Origin: Eledone cirrhosa
Taxonomy: Eukaryota
DNA length: 64,000 bases
Direction: 5' to 3'
NCBI GenBank assembly: GCA_964016885.1
Contig: OZ024740.1
Coordinates: 404,798,001-404,862,000 of the forward strand
This document shows positions 53,125 to 64,000 of this stretch, piece by piece (within the stretch, counting starts at the first letter, position 1; each line of letters starts with the position of its first letter). A program made the position numbers and the translations under genes. The notes beneath the pieces were generated by a model. The model had not been told where the DNA came from and did no database searches. It saw only the letters and a list, made by a program, of their open reading frames with translations.

Positions 53125-53510
53125 TCTTAAATAACAAAAAGTATCCAGTCTGCCATGTAAGGTGGTCATGCTGGTGACATGACAAAAAGTACCTAGTCCA
53201 CCCTGCAAAGTGGTTGTGTTGGTGACACTACAAAAAGCACCTGATCCACCCTGCTGGTAACACGATGAAAAAGTACCCACTCCAACCTGTCAGTTGGTCA
53301 TTTTGGTGTCACAATAAAAATCACCCAGTCTCTGCTGTAAATGTGGTTGGTGTTAGGAAGGTCATCCAGACGTAGAAACCAAGCTAGAAACAGTTGTCTA
53401 TGAGTAAAAATGGTCACCTGATCTAACATGTCTCATAATGGGACAATTTATCTAACCCATACTAGTGTGGAAAATGGATGTTAAATGGTGAGGATGATTA
53501 TGATGATGCC
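53125..53510 (+). mobile_element. RTE 3'UTR/SINE fragment with internal ~40-bp repeats
   Basis: Repeats of gtgac...aaaaagcacc; gttaggaaggtcatccag; gatgatg tail. Confidence 0.65.
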
Positions 53511-53747
53511 AGTATATCAAATAACATTTGTAAACAATTGTAATAAACAAGTATTTACAATCTAGCTATTTGAAATATGTATTTTTAACAATAACAATCT
53601 CTGAAAACATGTATTTATATATAACATGACCCCTACCACGTTTTTGTCATAAATTATTGTTTAAAATTTCTCATATTATACACAAGAAAATATGGTAGAT
53701 ACATACTGAAAACCGATATCAGTTCATATTACATTATTATTATTATT

Positions 53748-53952
53748 GGTGAAAGGGCAGTATCGGTAGAGGGTTGGACGCCATGCTTTCCAGTATAGTT
53801 ACGTCCCTTTACGATCTGAGTTCAAATCCCGCTGAGGTTAACTTTGCCTTTCATCCTTATGGGGTCGATAAAATAAAGTACCAGTAATGTACTGGGTAAT
53901 TGCTGGCCTTGTGCCTAAAGTAGAAACAATTATTATTATTATTATTATTATT
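53748..53952 (+). mobile_element. tRNA-derived SINE (Meta-domain-like)
   Basis: Near-identical to the 42024 copy; (ATT)n tail. Confidence 0.88.
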
Positions 53953-55435
53953 GCACTTAATAATGCTTTCTTTATTAACCACAAGGGTTTACACAAAGTA
54001 GACATTAAGGACAGTACAGGACAATACAGGATGGTACAAATGGGCATTTCTGCGTGTAAAAACAAAAAACAGAGGATGTAACAAAAAAGAACAATGAAAA
54101 ATTCCCCAATAGGGGGAGTCCTCCGAGGGTCGCTCATGGAGAAAGCCCACAAGAAAAGCCACGGTTACCCTGACCGCTAGGGCAAATTCCCTCTTCCAGT
54201 TTTCCTCCTACGATGCTACAGGCACACACTCAGGGTAGGCCCATTCACACGGGCCATTCTTGCCTCTCTCACCCACCTTTCAGCAAACTGGCTGGAAGTC
54301 AGCACTTCCCTCTCCACCCTGATTTTCCTTGAGGGCGTCACCAAAGAGGTAAGTGCTTGTCTTCAACCCTTTCAGACGTGTCCACCATACAATCTTTTTT
54401 ACCATGGCCACCAGGCAGATAAAAACTGCCTGCCCTTCTCGGCCAAAGGAAGGCGGCGGGGCAATTTTCAAGATGGATTCAGCTGATAGCCCGATCTGTC
54501 CTACACGTGACAGCAGGTGTTCGGCATAAACCCACAAGTCAGCAATGCTCGGACACTGGATGAGTGCATGCAGGATGGTTTCATTGCCCTGCACGCATCT
54601 CAGACAGGCCCGGCTGACGGCACTACCATGTCTGTAGAGTTTATCCTGAACTGGCAAGGCTCCTCGGTAGCACTGCCAGGCCAGGGATTTCTGGAAGTTG
54701 TCTATGGGCCCCAGACCGAAAATTCTCCCAAAGAGATTGGTTAGTTGGTTTTCGTCGATGCCTAGAGTCTCCCCAAGGACGTCGTCGCTCTTTCCTTCCA
54801 CTAACTCTCTATAGAACGCCAAGGTGGAGTTTCCAGCGATCGTATTGCTCAACTGGTCAAGGGCTGTAAGCGCTTGAAGACATTCCACTCTCCAAGCGCT
54901 TCCTCTCGGTCTTCGCTTGACCCAGGACTGCAGCTCCTTCAAGGAGACAAGCTGGGGAAACATGTGTCTAGCAAAGGCCAACCACACCTGATCACCGTCG
55001 TGGAAGAGGTGGAGATGTCGTAGCCTGAGCACATGTCTGCACATCATCAGCCATGGCATGCCCAGCCCTCCGCATAGTGGGTGTTGACAGCCTAATAATA
55101 ATAACAAAAAATTCCCCAATAAGGGGGAAGCCTCCGAGGGTCACTCATGGCGAAAACCACACAAAAGACCATGGCCACCCTGACCACCAGGGCAAGCGCC
55201 CTCTCTCAGTTTTCCCACTCCTCAGTCTACAGACGCATACTCAGAGCGGGCCCATTCACTCGGACCAGACTCGCCACTTTCACCCACCTTTCAACAAACT
55301 TACTAGAAGACAGCACTTGACTCTCCACCCTGATTTTCCTCTTCAAGTGAAACTTGAAAAAGTTAATCAGGGATTGGCCGGAGAGGAAAGTGTCCATCTT
55401 CAACCCTTTCAACCTTGTCCACCACACAATCTCTT
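53953..55435 (-). mobile_element. Tx1/L1-clade LINE 3' fragments (two tandem pieces: ~53953-55090 and ~55095-55435)
   Basis: WQCYRGALPV...CLRC...ETILHALIQCP zinc knuckle; the C-terminus WWTRLKGLK and part of the 3'UTR occur twice. Confidence 0.8.
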
Positions 55436-56232
55436 TCAGGTGTTATTGCTAATACTGCTGCTGCTATCTCCTTTGTTGTCAAATACGTCAGCAGCAGCCG
55501 CTTGGTGAAGAGGAAAGAGTGGCATTTGCTTGACTTTTACTATATGGTGATGAAGAAGAGGAAAAGGAAAGCGCGACTCCACATTGACTGTTGCTAGTTT
55601 CTTTGTTGTCAAGTGTATCAAATATATCAGCAGTAGCCGCTTCACGACTGCTACTTGATGGAGAAGAGAGAGGAGTGGCATTCGCTTGACTTTTACTATG
55701 GAACGATGAAGAAGAAGACAATAAAGAAAGCGAGACTCTACGCTGATAGCTGGACGAAGAAAAAGAAGGTTGAGAAGGATATCTTGCTGAATGGGTAAAT
55801 TTTGAGTGAATACATGGCATAGAAATAGATTTTTTGAATGACGCCATTTTTCTTTTTTTTTTTTGGCGGGACACATTTGCTAAATGCAAAGTTCAAATAT
55901 GGGATTTAGCCCTGAAGGGCTAAATCCGATTAATTTCGACCACTTCAAAAGAAGTGGGGTGTGTTTAAACACAAAATAATATGGTTTTTTACATTAAGTT
56001 CGCAATAAAAACTGTTCAAAAATCACAAACTTAGGGGAACAAAATTTCCTGAAACGTGTATACTTCCACAATAATAATTATTATTATACAATAATAACCT
56101 TACAGTATACTCTAATATCCAATAACTAAACAAATAATTTAATATTTCTTTTTGTGGTTGTATCATGAAGATTCTCCACACTTAACAGTGTAGATTCACT
56201 ATCAGTAGATGATGAAGCTTGTACATATATTA

Positions 56233-57282
56233 CACCAGATAGAAAAATGCGTACAGCAAAAAAAAGTAATATTGTTGGAATATAAACCTTTAAAAATACA
56301 GGACAAGAAACTAAGATAAAACTTTAAAAGAATAGGACAAGAAACTAAGATAAAACTTTAAAGAATTGGACAAGAAATAAAAAATTTTACAATAATATTA
56401 GTGGCAAAATTTTTATTGGTAAAAAATCGAGTTCCACATTCATAGGCTCTGGATTCCACATTCAGAGGTCGTCGTCAGACCGGGGGGATCATTTGATCCT
56501 GGTTTGAACACCAATTGGGCCATAACCATACCCCTATTTCATCATTCGGCGACACGCCTCATGTGTCATACATAATGTGAATGGACCCATGGGCCCATGA
56601 GCACAGATCTTGAGCAGCAGCGGACGGTCTTGTCGTCCCGCTCATCCTTGATCTTGACCAACCCGTCCATCTTCTCCTTGAGTTCAAGTCTGGCAGTCCA
56701 GATGAATGCATGCCACAGCTTTCTGGTACAGGAAGGGGGAGCAGGAGGACTGGAGGGATGACGGGACAGAGGGAGGGAGGACCGGTGGTTGAGGGAGGTG
56801 CCGTAGTCGGTGGTCAGAGTCGACATCTTGTCCCGGTCGTCTTCTCCATCTTCGTCTGGTGTTGCGGGACCAGAAGTGCATTCTTGGAGGAGACCTGCAG
56901 CTGCATCGGCCAATTCTTCTTGCAATGGTCATTCTGACGGAGCAGAACTGCTCAGCCAACCAACCCCAACCAGCACCAACCGCTCAGGGGAAACGCACAA
57001 TGAGAGCATGACAATTATTATGCACTAATCAAGAAGATACTGGGGCATAGCACAGGAAACGAATAAAAAAATTTTGCCACTAATATTATTGTAAAATTTT
57101 TTATTTCTTGTCCAATTCTTTAAAGTTTTATCTTAGTTTCTTGTCCTATTCTTTTAAAGTTTTATCTTAGTTTCTTGTCCTATTCTTTTAAAGTTTTATT
57201 TTAGTTTTTTGTCCTGTATTTTTAAAGGTTTATATTCCAACAATATTACTTTTTTTTGCTGTACGCATTTTTCTATCTGGTC
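56233..57282. mobile_element. Foldback/CACTA(EnSpm)-like non-autonomous DNA transposon with long TIRs and subterminal 34-bp repeats
   Basis: 56234-56417 is the reverse complement of 57062-57281 (right arm has one extra 34-bp unit); termini CACCAGATAG/CTATCTGGTC with TA on both sides. Confidence 0.7.
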
Positions 57283-57554
57283 TACTATTTTTTAAGGCAA
57301 TGCAAGCAACAACTATCTAATAATTAAATGATCATAGTGAATTACTGACAAGTGATTGACATTTTAAAGTTCTTTTGAGTATAATTGCAATCTAGTTGAG
57401 GCAACTGGCTTAATGACAAAGCTAGTAAATCATGAATGCATTTGAGATGATTAGTGCATAATAGTGAATTAGTGAAACTTGTGCATTTCAATGGTGTTAC
57501 AACAATAGATGTAAGTTATATAGTAGTAATACTTTATCATTTCAACTTTTTAGA

Positions 57555-57914
57555 ATGGACAAAAACCCATGCAAAGAAATGACTTTGACTGCAGTGATTC
57601 TCTCCAATTTACTTACAAAGCAAAACGTGGTCAAATACCTTATCATCTCTGATAAAATGCCCATTGAATCACTGAAAATCGGATGCATGGAATTCCTCAT
57701 AAAATGCACCTATGAATCGGAAGCCATGACATATATCAATGGATATAGGGAGTTGTTCACACTGGAAGACCATCACTTCATTTGTGACTTCATCAGTTAT
57801 CTCCACGATTATCTCAGACACCCAATGCCATTGATGAGAGGTGATCCAATGTGTGAGCATGTAACTAATCTTATAGAAGTTGTTATCGACCACCTGGCTT
57901 TTAGTGACATTTGA
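57555..57914 (+). CDS. BACK/BPM-like (SPOP C-terminal-type) ORF or exon
   Basis: LTKQNVVKYLIISDKMPIESLKIGCMEFLIK...GYREL fits the BACK helical pattern; a ttttttag acceptor lies just upstream; function unknown. Confidence 0.45.
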   Translation: MDKNPCKEMTLTAVILSNLLTKQNVVKYLIISDKMPIESLKIGCMEFLIKCTYESEAMTYINGYRELFTLEDHHFICDFISYLHDYLRHPMPLMRGDPMCEHVTNLIEVVIDHLAFSDI

Positions 57915-58094
57915 CTGATTTGACTGATAATGATGTATTTTTAAAAAGTATGTGTACATTCTTGTTACTATTTTAAGGCAATGCAAGCAACAACTATTTA
58001 ATAAAATTTAAATTTAAAAATGACCATTGTGCATTACTAGTATGATGACATTTTATTAAGTCACAAAATTAGTCAGTTAGCCATAGAACAAGGA

Positions 58095-58448
58095 TCAGGT
58101 GGCAAAAACATTGGCAAAAATTTGTGTCAATTTAAGATTTCCAACATTGTTCGAATGAATCATATCTGGTTTGAAGTCAGATTTGTCAAATTTTGACCAA
58201 TTTTCAATGTTGTGAAGATTGGGCAAGTTCAATTTTTGAATCATTTCTTTCATGCAGTAATTAAACTTTTCCAAACGAGAATTTCTCTTGCCCAAGTCAT
58301 TTTTATTTTCAATTACACTTTGTGGACATGGAATGACACCACTGTAGAAAATGGGTGTACAGTGGTGCTTTTCCGCTATTTTCTGTAGCCTTGCAAAGAG
58401 ACTCTTCCCCTGTTTTTCCGGTTTTGTGCCTCGAATGGGCACTTTGTC
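58095..58448 (-). CDS. SGNH-hydrolase gene exon 3
   Basis: AG|DKVPIRG...IFYSGVIP...FN...PDMIHSNNVGNLKL* (block V DxxH). Confidence 0.8.
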   Translation of the reverse strand, partial: DKVPIRGTKPEKQGKSLFARLQKIAEKHHCTPIFYSGVIPCPQSVIENKNDLGKRNSRLEKFNYCMKEMIQKLNLPNLHNIENWSKFDKSDFKPDMIHSNNVGNLKLTQIFANVFAT

Positions 58449-58505
58449 CTTAATTTACAAATAAATGATTAATAAAAAATACTTGGGCAAAAATTATTGT
58501 ATTAC

Positions 58506-58655
58506 TTTGCACAGCTTTGTCGTGCCAACGGTGCGACGAGGATTCAGATCATTAGAGCCGACATGAACCACCAATACTTTCACAAAAGGACAACAGATAA
58601 CAATGTTTGCGATTAACATTACCTGGCCTTGACAGGCCCCAGGTATACAAAATAT
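58506..58655 (-). CDS. SGNH-hydrolase gene exon 2
   Basis: AG|IFCIPGA...VLVVHVGSNDL...LCK|GT; 50 codons without a stop; blocks II and III. Confidence 0.75.
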
Positions 58656-58710
58656 CTAAGTATTTTTGTTGGTATGATAAGTAAATACATTTGAATTAAT
58701 ATTTTTATAC

Positions 58711-58890
58711 CTTCTGGTCATTCGATTTCGCCACATTTCTAATTATGGATTTGTAAAAACTGGCATGAATGTGAATTTGATCAGACCAATTGCCCGATTT
58801 TAGTGAAAAGTTTTGATTCGAAATGGAAATACTCCATTTCCGTGCCATGGAAAAAATGAATAAGCCGATCAAAAAGCCGCGAAACATCAT
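58711..58890 (-). CDS. SGNH-hydrolase gene exon 1 (start at 58890 or 58848)
   Basis: ...FYKSIIRNV (block I-like Ser) ...DQK|GTATAA donor; phase 0. Confidence 0.55.
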
Positions 58891-61044
58891 TTTTAATTAA
58901 GCGAAATTAGTGGATGCAAATCTCAGAAAATATTGTACACTATTCGCACCTATCGGTACAAAAATATAGCGCACTATTCGCACCTATCGGTACAAAAAAT
59001 CGCACAACTGTTAATAATACTAGAAGTGCAAACTATCTGTTGAATACCTGGTATATGAAGAGCAACCGATACGATCAGTCGGCGATCGGTCTTGAAGAAG
59101 AATGAAGAATGAAGTGAAATTTTGGTCTGGTTGTTGTCATTGGTGTTTTGCAGAGATGCCGGCACGAACAAAGGTGTCAGTGACACAAAGTTGTCCGCTT
59201 GAACAAAGGTGTCGGTCCGACAAAGGTGTCAGTCAGACAGTGTCACAGTCGGTGCGACAAAGCGATCGATGCGATTAAAAAAAATTTAACTCACATGTTT
59301 ACCTATATTTTCGCAAGCTATTGATAGATTGGTACAAAAAATAGCTTTGATAATAAACATAAATTTTTAACGAAGTATTTAAAAAGCATTTTAGCAGTGA
59401 AAAGTGAAGTAATGTTTCACACTGACGCAAGTAGGGCCGTTCAGAAATGACGTAGTCAATTAGGAGGAGGGGATTCGGCAATTTGACTACATTTGACTAA
59501 CGTAATCACAATCACAAGAGTTCCGCCGAAAAAAATTCGTCATTTCTGGATCACCTCCCCTAGCGTCACGCTTACTACTCACTCACTTGAACACAAGATA
59601 TATCAGCAAACTTTGATTAAAAACTTTTTCCCGCTGGACCAAATTTCTAGATTTTTAAGCCAAAAGATGCGTAATGATCTACTGTTCATGCTCATATAAG
59701 TTTTATCTCAGTTAAATAAAGTAGAGCCGCGCTGTACTGTCATAAACAAACGATTGCCAACGAAAACACGACCACAACAATATTACTAAACGGACTACCG
59801 TCCGTTTAGGATAAATTGATTAAAACCCTTTTGATATCAAGGCACCTTTAGTTTTATTAAACTGTCTGTTTTGTATTTTCAAGATTCTTGACACTTTATT
59901 GCATAGATTGAAAGAAAAATAGAAGTCATTTAAAAAGTTTTGATTTATTCTTGAATTCTGAACTCTAAAAACCTCGCCTTTCAAGAAAAGTTCAGCTTTT
60001 TTGTTCTATTAAAGCTATTTAACGCTTTTATTGTTGCATGTGAGTTTAATTGAATTGCCAGCAGGTTATGGTATTTAGCTACAGACAAGTAAAAATATTT
60101 GTGTTTATTTTGTTTAGTGATCCATAAGAGCCATCAGTTATAATTTTTAATTACACAGCTGTTCTATAAAGTCTGTATCAGCTAAAACTTTGAATAATAT
60201 AACACTAAAAGAGTTAAAATGAATAAAATACACATGCTTTGTAGATATTTTAATTACCTCTATGCTGCACACAATACATTTCAATAAATATTAATAATCA
60301 TTTAGGATAATTATTAATTTCTTTTGATTAGGTATGAAAGTTACTTTTGAAATGTCCAGTTCATTGAATTGGCAATGTGTAACCAGAAAGGTTAGAGCAA
60401 AATTAACTCTGATGTGATTTGAAATCAGAACAACAAAGCAAATGATTAGTGGTGATGCCATGATAAAATGCACCCTGTACACTCTGTAAAGTGATTGGCA
60501 ACAGGAAGAGCATCCAGCCATAAAAACCATGCCAAAAATGGAAGACATGTTTCTCAATCCATCTAGGAGGGTAGTAACCAGCCTGAACTGTGACAACCTG
60601 TCTAACCTACACCAATATGTAATAAAATTATGATGGAAATTAAGAAGAAATGTCTAGAAATCTCAGTGGAAGGAAATTGCAGAAATAAATAATTTCAAAG
60701 TTGACTACTGTGGAAATTGAAGTGCAGAAAGCTGGAAGAAAAACTGCAAAGCTTTCTATCCATAACAATTCTGCCATTTTGCTGCTTATACACCCATATT
60801 GTACCCATATTACAATAATAGTTAATTGAATAAAAAGTTTTTAAAATTACAAAATGGCATTGTTAAATCCATACAATTTCATTCAATAGACTATTACATA
60901 AAATATTGATATATTCCAATTTCAAAACCTTGAGTAAGATGTGATAGAATATAGAAGAAATTTCAACTTCCACCTCAAAGATTAACTCTTTTTATATCAA
61001 ACCACTTCAAGTTCTACAATACAAGGCTGTTTCTTTTAAAGTAT

Positions 61045-62120
61045 TTATCATCATCATCATCATCATCATCATTATCTTCATTTAATGTCCATTTTTCCGT
61101 GCTTGCATGGATTAGATGGGATGTCATGTTATGAGACAAGTCAGGTTTGGAGACCAGCATGTTCATACATCTATTTTTCCATGCTTGCATAGGTTAAATG
61201 ATTTGTCATATTATGAGAGAATTCAGGTCAAGTGACCATGTCTTGCTCATATGGATCTGTACTTAGGCTTGGTTTCTATGGCTGGATGCCCTTCCTAATG
61301 TTAACCACATTACAGTGTGGATGGTGTTTTTTTTATCATGGCACTGAAATGATCCCTTAACAGGATGGACTAGGTGCTTATTGTCATGTTATCCATATGT
61401 AGGGCTTCCAAGAGAAATTTTGCAAGGTGGTACAAGACCCCTTTGGGGCTGAAGCAGGCATAGATTTTTCTCAAAATGGATGTTGCATGGTTGCTGTGGG
61501 GCCTTCTCAGCTCTTGGGCCCCGGAACAAAGTACTGGCTGGACCCAACTCTCATAGGCCCTGTCCATATGACCATCTTACAGGGCTAGCTGGCTGCTCTT
61601 TCTCATGTCACCAGCGTGACCACCTTACAGTATGGATTATGTACTTTTTGCTGCGTCACCAGCACGACCAGCTTACAGTGTGGACTGAGTGCTGTTTCTT
61701 GTGTCACCAATACAACCACCTTACAGGATGGACTTTGTGCTTTTTGTTGTGGCAGAACATTGTGGGAAATCAGATGTAGAGTATGTCCAGCTTTCGTGCT
61801 TGTATGTGTTGATTGGACAGGTGAGGTGTATCAGGGGTGAATATTTGGAGGGGGGTTAGTATGTTTGATATTGATAAGGTGTGTGAGATATTAGCAGGTG
61901 AGGGCAGGGTATTAAAACTAGGGAGAGTGAATGGGGAGGGGGTGAAGAGAAGATTGGTACAAACTAGTGTGTTATTTCATTTTATTAGAAGGTGGGTCTT
62001 CTGCAGTATAGCATGACACCAGAGATCTTGATCCTGTGTAATCTACTTTGTGAGGTTTATTTGGCAAGATCAGCTTTTATCATTTCATCCCAAGCTTTCC
62101 TGGGTCTTCCTCTTCCATGT
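61045..62120 (-). mobile_element. Degraded RTE 3' end/SINE with nested hAT MITE
   Basis: (CAT)n tail at ~61048, ggctggatgcccttccta, ~40-bp internal repeats, GRGRPRKAWDE on the minus strand at ~62080-62117. Confidence 0.7.
61400..61562. mobile_element. hAT-type MITE
   Basis: Imperfect TIRs tagggcttccaagag...ctctcataggccctg; 8-bp TSD TCCATATG. Confidence 0.75.
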
Positions 62121-62219
62121 TTATATTTATTTAAAAACCTTCCAACATAATTTTATGTAAGAAACTTTATTAATTTATGCTCCAATCACCAGCTTAATGA
62201 TAAAAAAAATAGTTACTTT

Positions 62220-62660
62220 ACTGACTGACTGACTCATCCCATTCTCAAATTTGAGGGTCAGGGGTCATGAACTTATGGACCAGCACTCTCCATCTTTTCC
62301 TGTCTCTTGCCATTGCCGTACATTTCGCCAAACTCCTTCCTGTCCATCTCCTTTTCTGCTGTCCCCTGGCCCTTTCCCCCTGTACTCCTCCATCCTGTCC
62401 ATTCCTTAATATCATCTGTCAATTTCATTTTCTGCTGTCCCCTGGCCCTTTTTCCTGTATTCATCCCTCAAGGATGTGGGTAGTCAAATTTGGGCCCTGA
62501 TGACATGACTAAAATACCGAAGTTCCTTTTCTTTACTGTTTCCACCAACTGTCGATTGGCACTAATCTCTTCCAGGACAAATTCATTTGTTCTGTGAGCT
62601 GTCCAGCTAATTCTGGGTGCACACATGTAGCATGACATTTCAAATGCTCTGTCGTTTCAA
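62220..62660 (-). mobile_element. RTE-BovB-like LINE 3' fragment
   Basis: GKRARGQQKMKLTDDIKEWTG; (TCAG)n tail. Confidence 0.55.
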
Positions 62661-64000
62661 GTCAGATGCCTTTAAACTCACAACTAAATTCCTGCAAATT
62701 CTTGATTATTTTCAAAATCATTTGAAAATTATAGGCAGCATCTTTATTAGAAATATGGTAATAAAAAGGTTAAATAAGATTTTGTTCAAATTAAAATCAT
62801 CATACTTTTGTTGACATATGTATAATACACAATCTAATTTTGAAGATTTTTAGTTTAGTGTATAAGATACAATCAGATTTTGACATCAAATTTAAAGGTT
62901 AAAGAGGGCGTCTTGTACACTGAAAAATATACTGTTCCTAAAATTAAAAGTATTTTTTTTATTTCTAGCATTTAGAAATAAAGATAGGTGTATAATTTCC
63001 ATGTAACTTATCTTTTCACACTAGCATAGAAATAATAACAAAAACAGAACAAATTCAAAACAAAACAAAACACTTCTAAATTTTCATACAAATTATGAAA
63101 ACAAAAAGATTAGTTCTTCTACATATTGAAATTAAGGATCTGAAAATAAAACTACTACTGATGACAAGTGTGAAAAATTTTCTGATGTGTTTGAATGTTT
63201 AACTCTTTCATAACAGTATTTAAACTGAAATATATTGCTTTCAAATAAATTTTGAAAATTATCAATAATTTGGAAGAATTTAGTAAAAAAACAAAATTTG
63301 TCCTTGTTAAGTTGCTGTTTAGAACATAATATAACACAATACTATGATAAGCAGTTTTAATTTAAATATGAACATTTAAAAACAAACAGGTATCATATCA
63401 TAGAACCAGGGGCTGTCCCAGGAAGCCTGGTATCAATAGGGCTTTGAAAAAATTATCTAATAAAATTACATTTTTTTTTTCTTTCTATACTTTTTAGAAA
63501 ATCTTATTAAGGATTAATATTACAATATGAAAAAGTGCTGAACAAGTAGGATGCAGTTGGCAATGGTTGTGTTCTGATACACATGTAAACATCTAAACAC
63601 TATGATCAAATAACAGGAAGACTTTAAAATCAATACAGTATCATTTGTCAATACTAGTATTTCACTGTCAAAATCAAAGGCACGTCAGTGCTGATATATT
63701 TGAACATCTTGAATGAGAGCTGATTTTCTTTATTTATCTATCTATTTCCATGATATTATTAAAGCACAAGACTAAACAGAGATAACTATATATAACTTAT
63801 ATATTCTAAATTATCATGTATTTCATATTGATAAGAATTTTATAATTATTAATCAATGGCTTCATGTTACTTATCAAATATTTAACCTTTTAGTATTCAT
63901 AGTGTTAATAGTTGATATATTCATATAAAAATAATGAAATTATGAACTTTGTATAAAATGTGGCTTCCTGTGAGATTTGGCATAGATATTACTCTGAACA

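Larger units (their letters stand above)
55933..59815 (-). mobile_element. Putative Helentron/Helitron2-like element carrying cargo genes
   Basis: Right end (minus) TTAT-CCTAAACGGAC-ggta-GTCCGTTTAG-taATATTGTT; left end hairpin CCACTTC-tttt-GAAGTGG; no TSD or RepHel seen; classification is inferred. Confidence 0.4.

Overview
AT-rich animal genomic DNA; its SINE/RTE repertoire points to a cephalopod mollusc, most likely Octopus (inference). The first ~10.5 kb holds the last six coding exons of a TENT4/PAPD5-7 (Trf4-like) non-canonical poly(A) polymerase gene and a probable long 3'UTR. The remaining ~53 kb is a nested transposon landscape: RTE, CR1, CRE and Tx1 LINE fragments, two Penelope-like elements (one Naiad-like), Helitron and mariner remnants, hAT and piggyBac-type MITEs, tRNA-derived SINEs and a 1.7-kb minisatellite. 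Two things stand out. (1) Several small palindromic or tandem elements sit between (TA)n tracts and carry type I hammerhead ribozyme motifs: a canonical pair inside a 342-bp palindrome, a U3-A8 compensatory variant, and long-stem-II variants, one in a 300-nt monomer whose inverted copy crosses the monomer junction. (2) A ~3.9-kb putative Helentron-like unit at 55.9-59.8 kb carries an intact three-exon SGNH-hydrolase gene missed by the ORF track, a BACK-like ORF and a nested foldback element with GC-rich cargo. All calls were made by eye, without searches.
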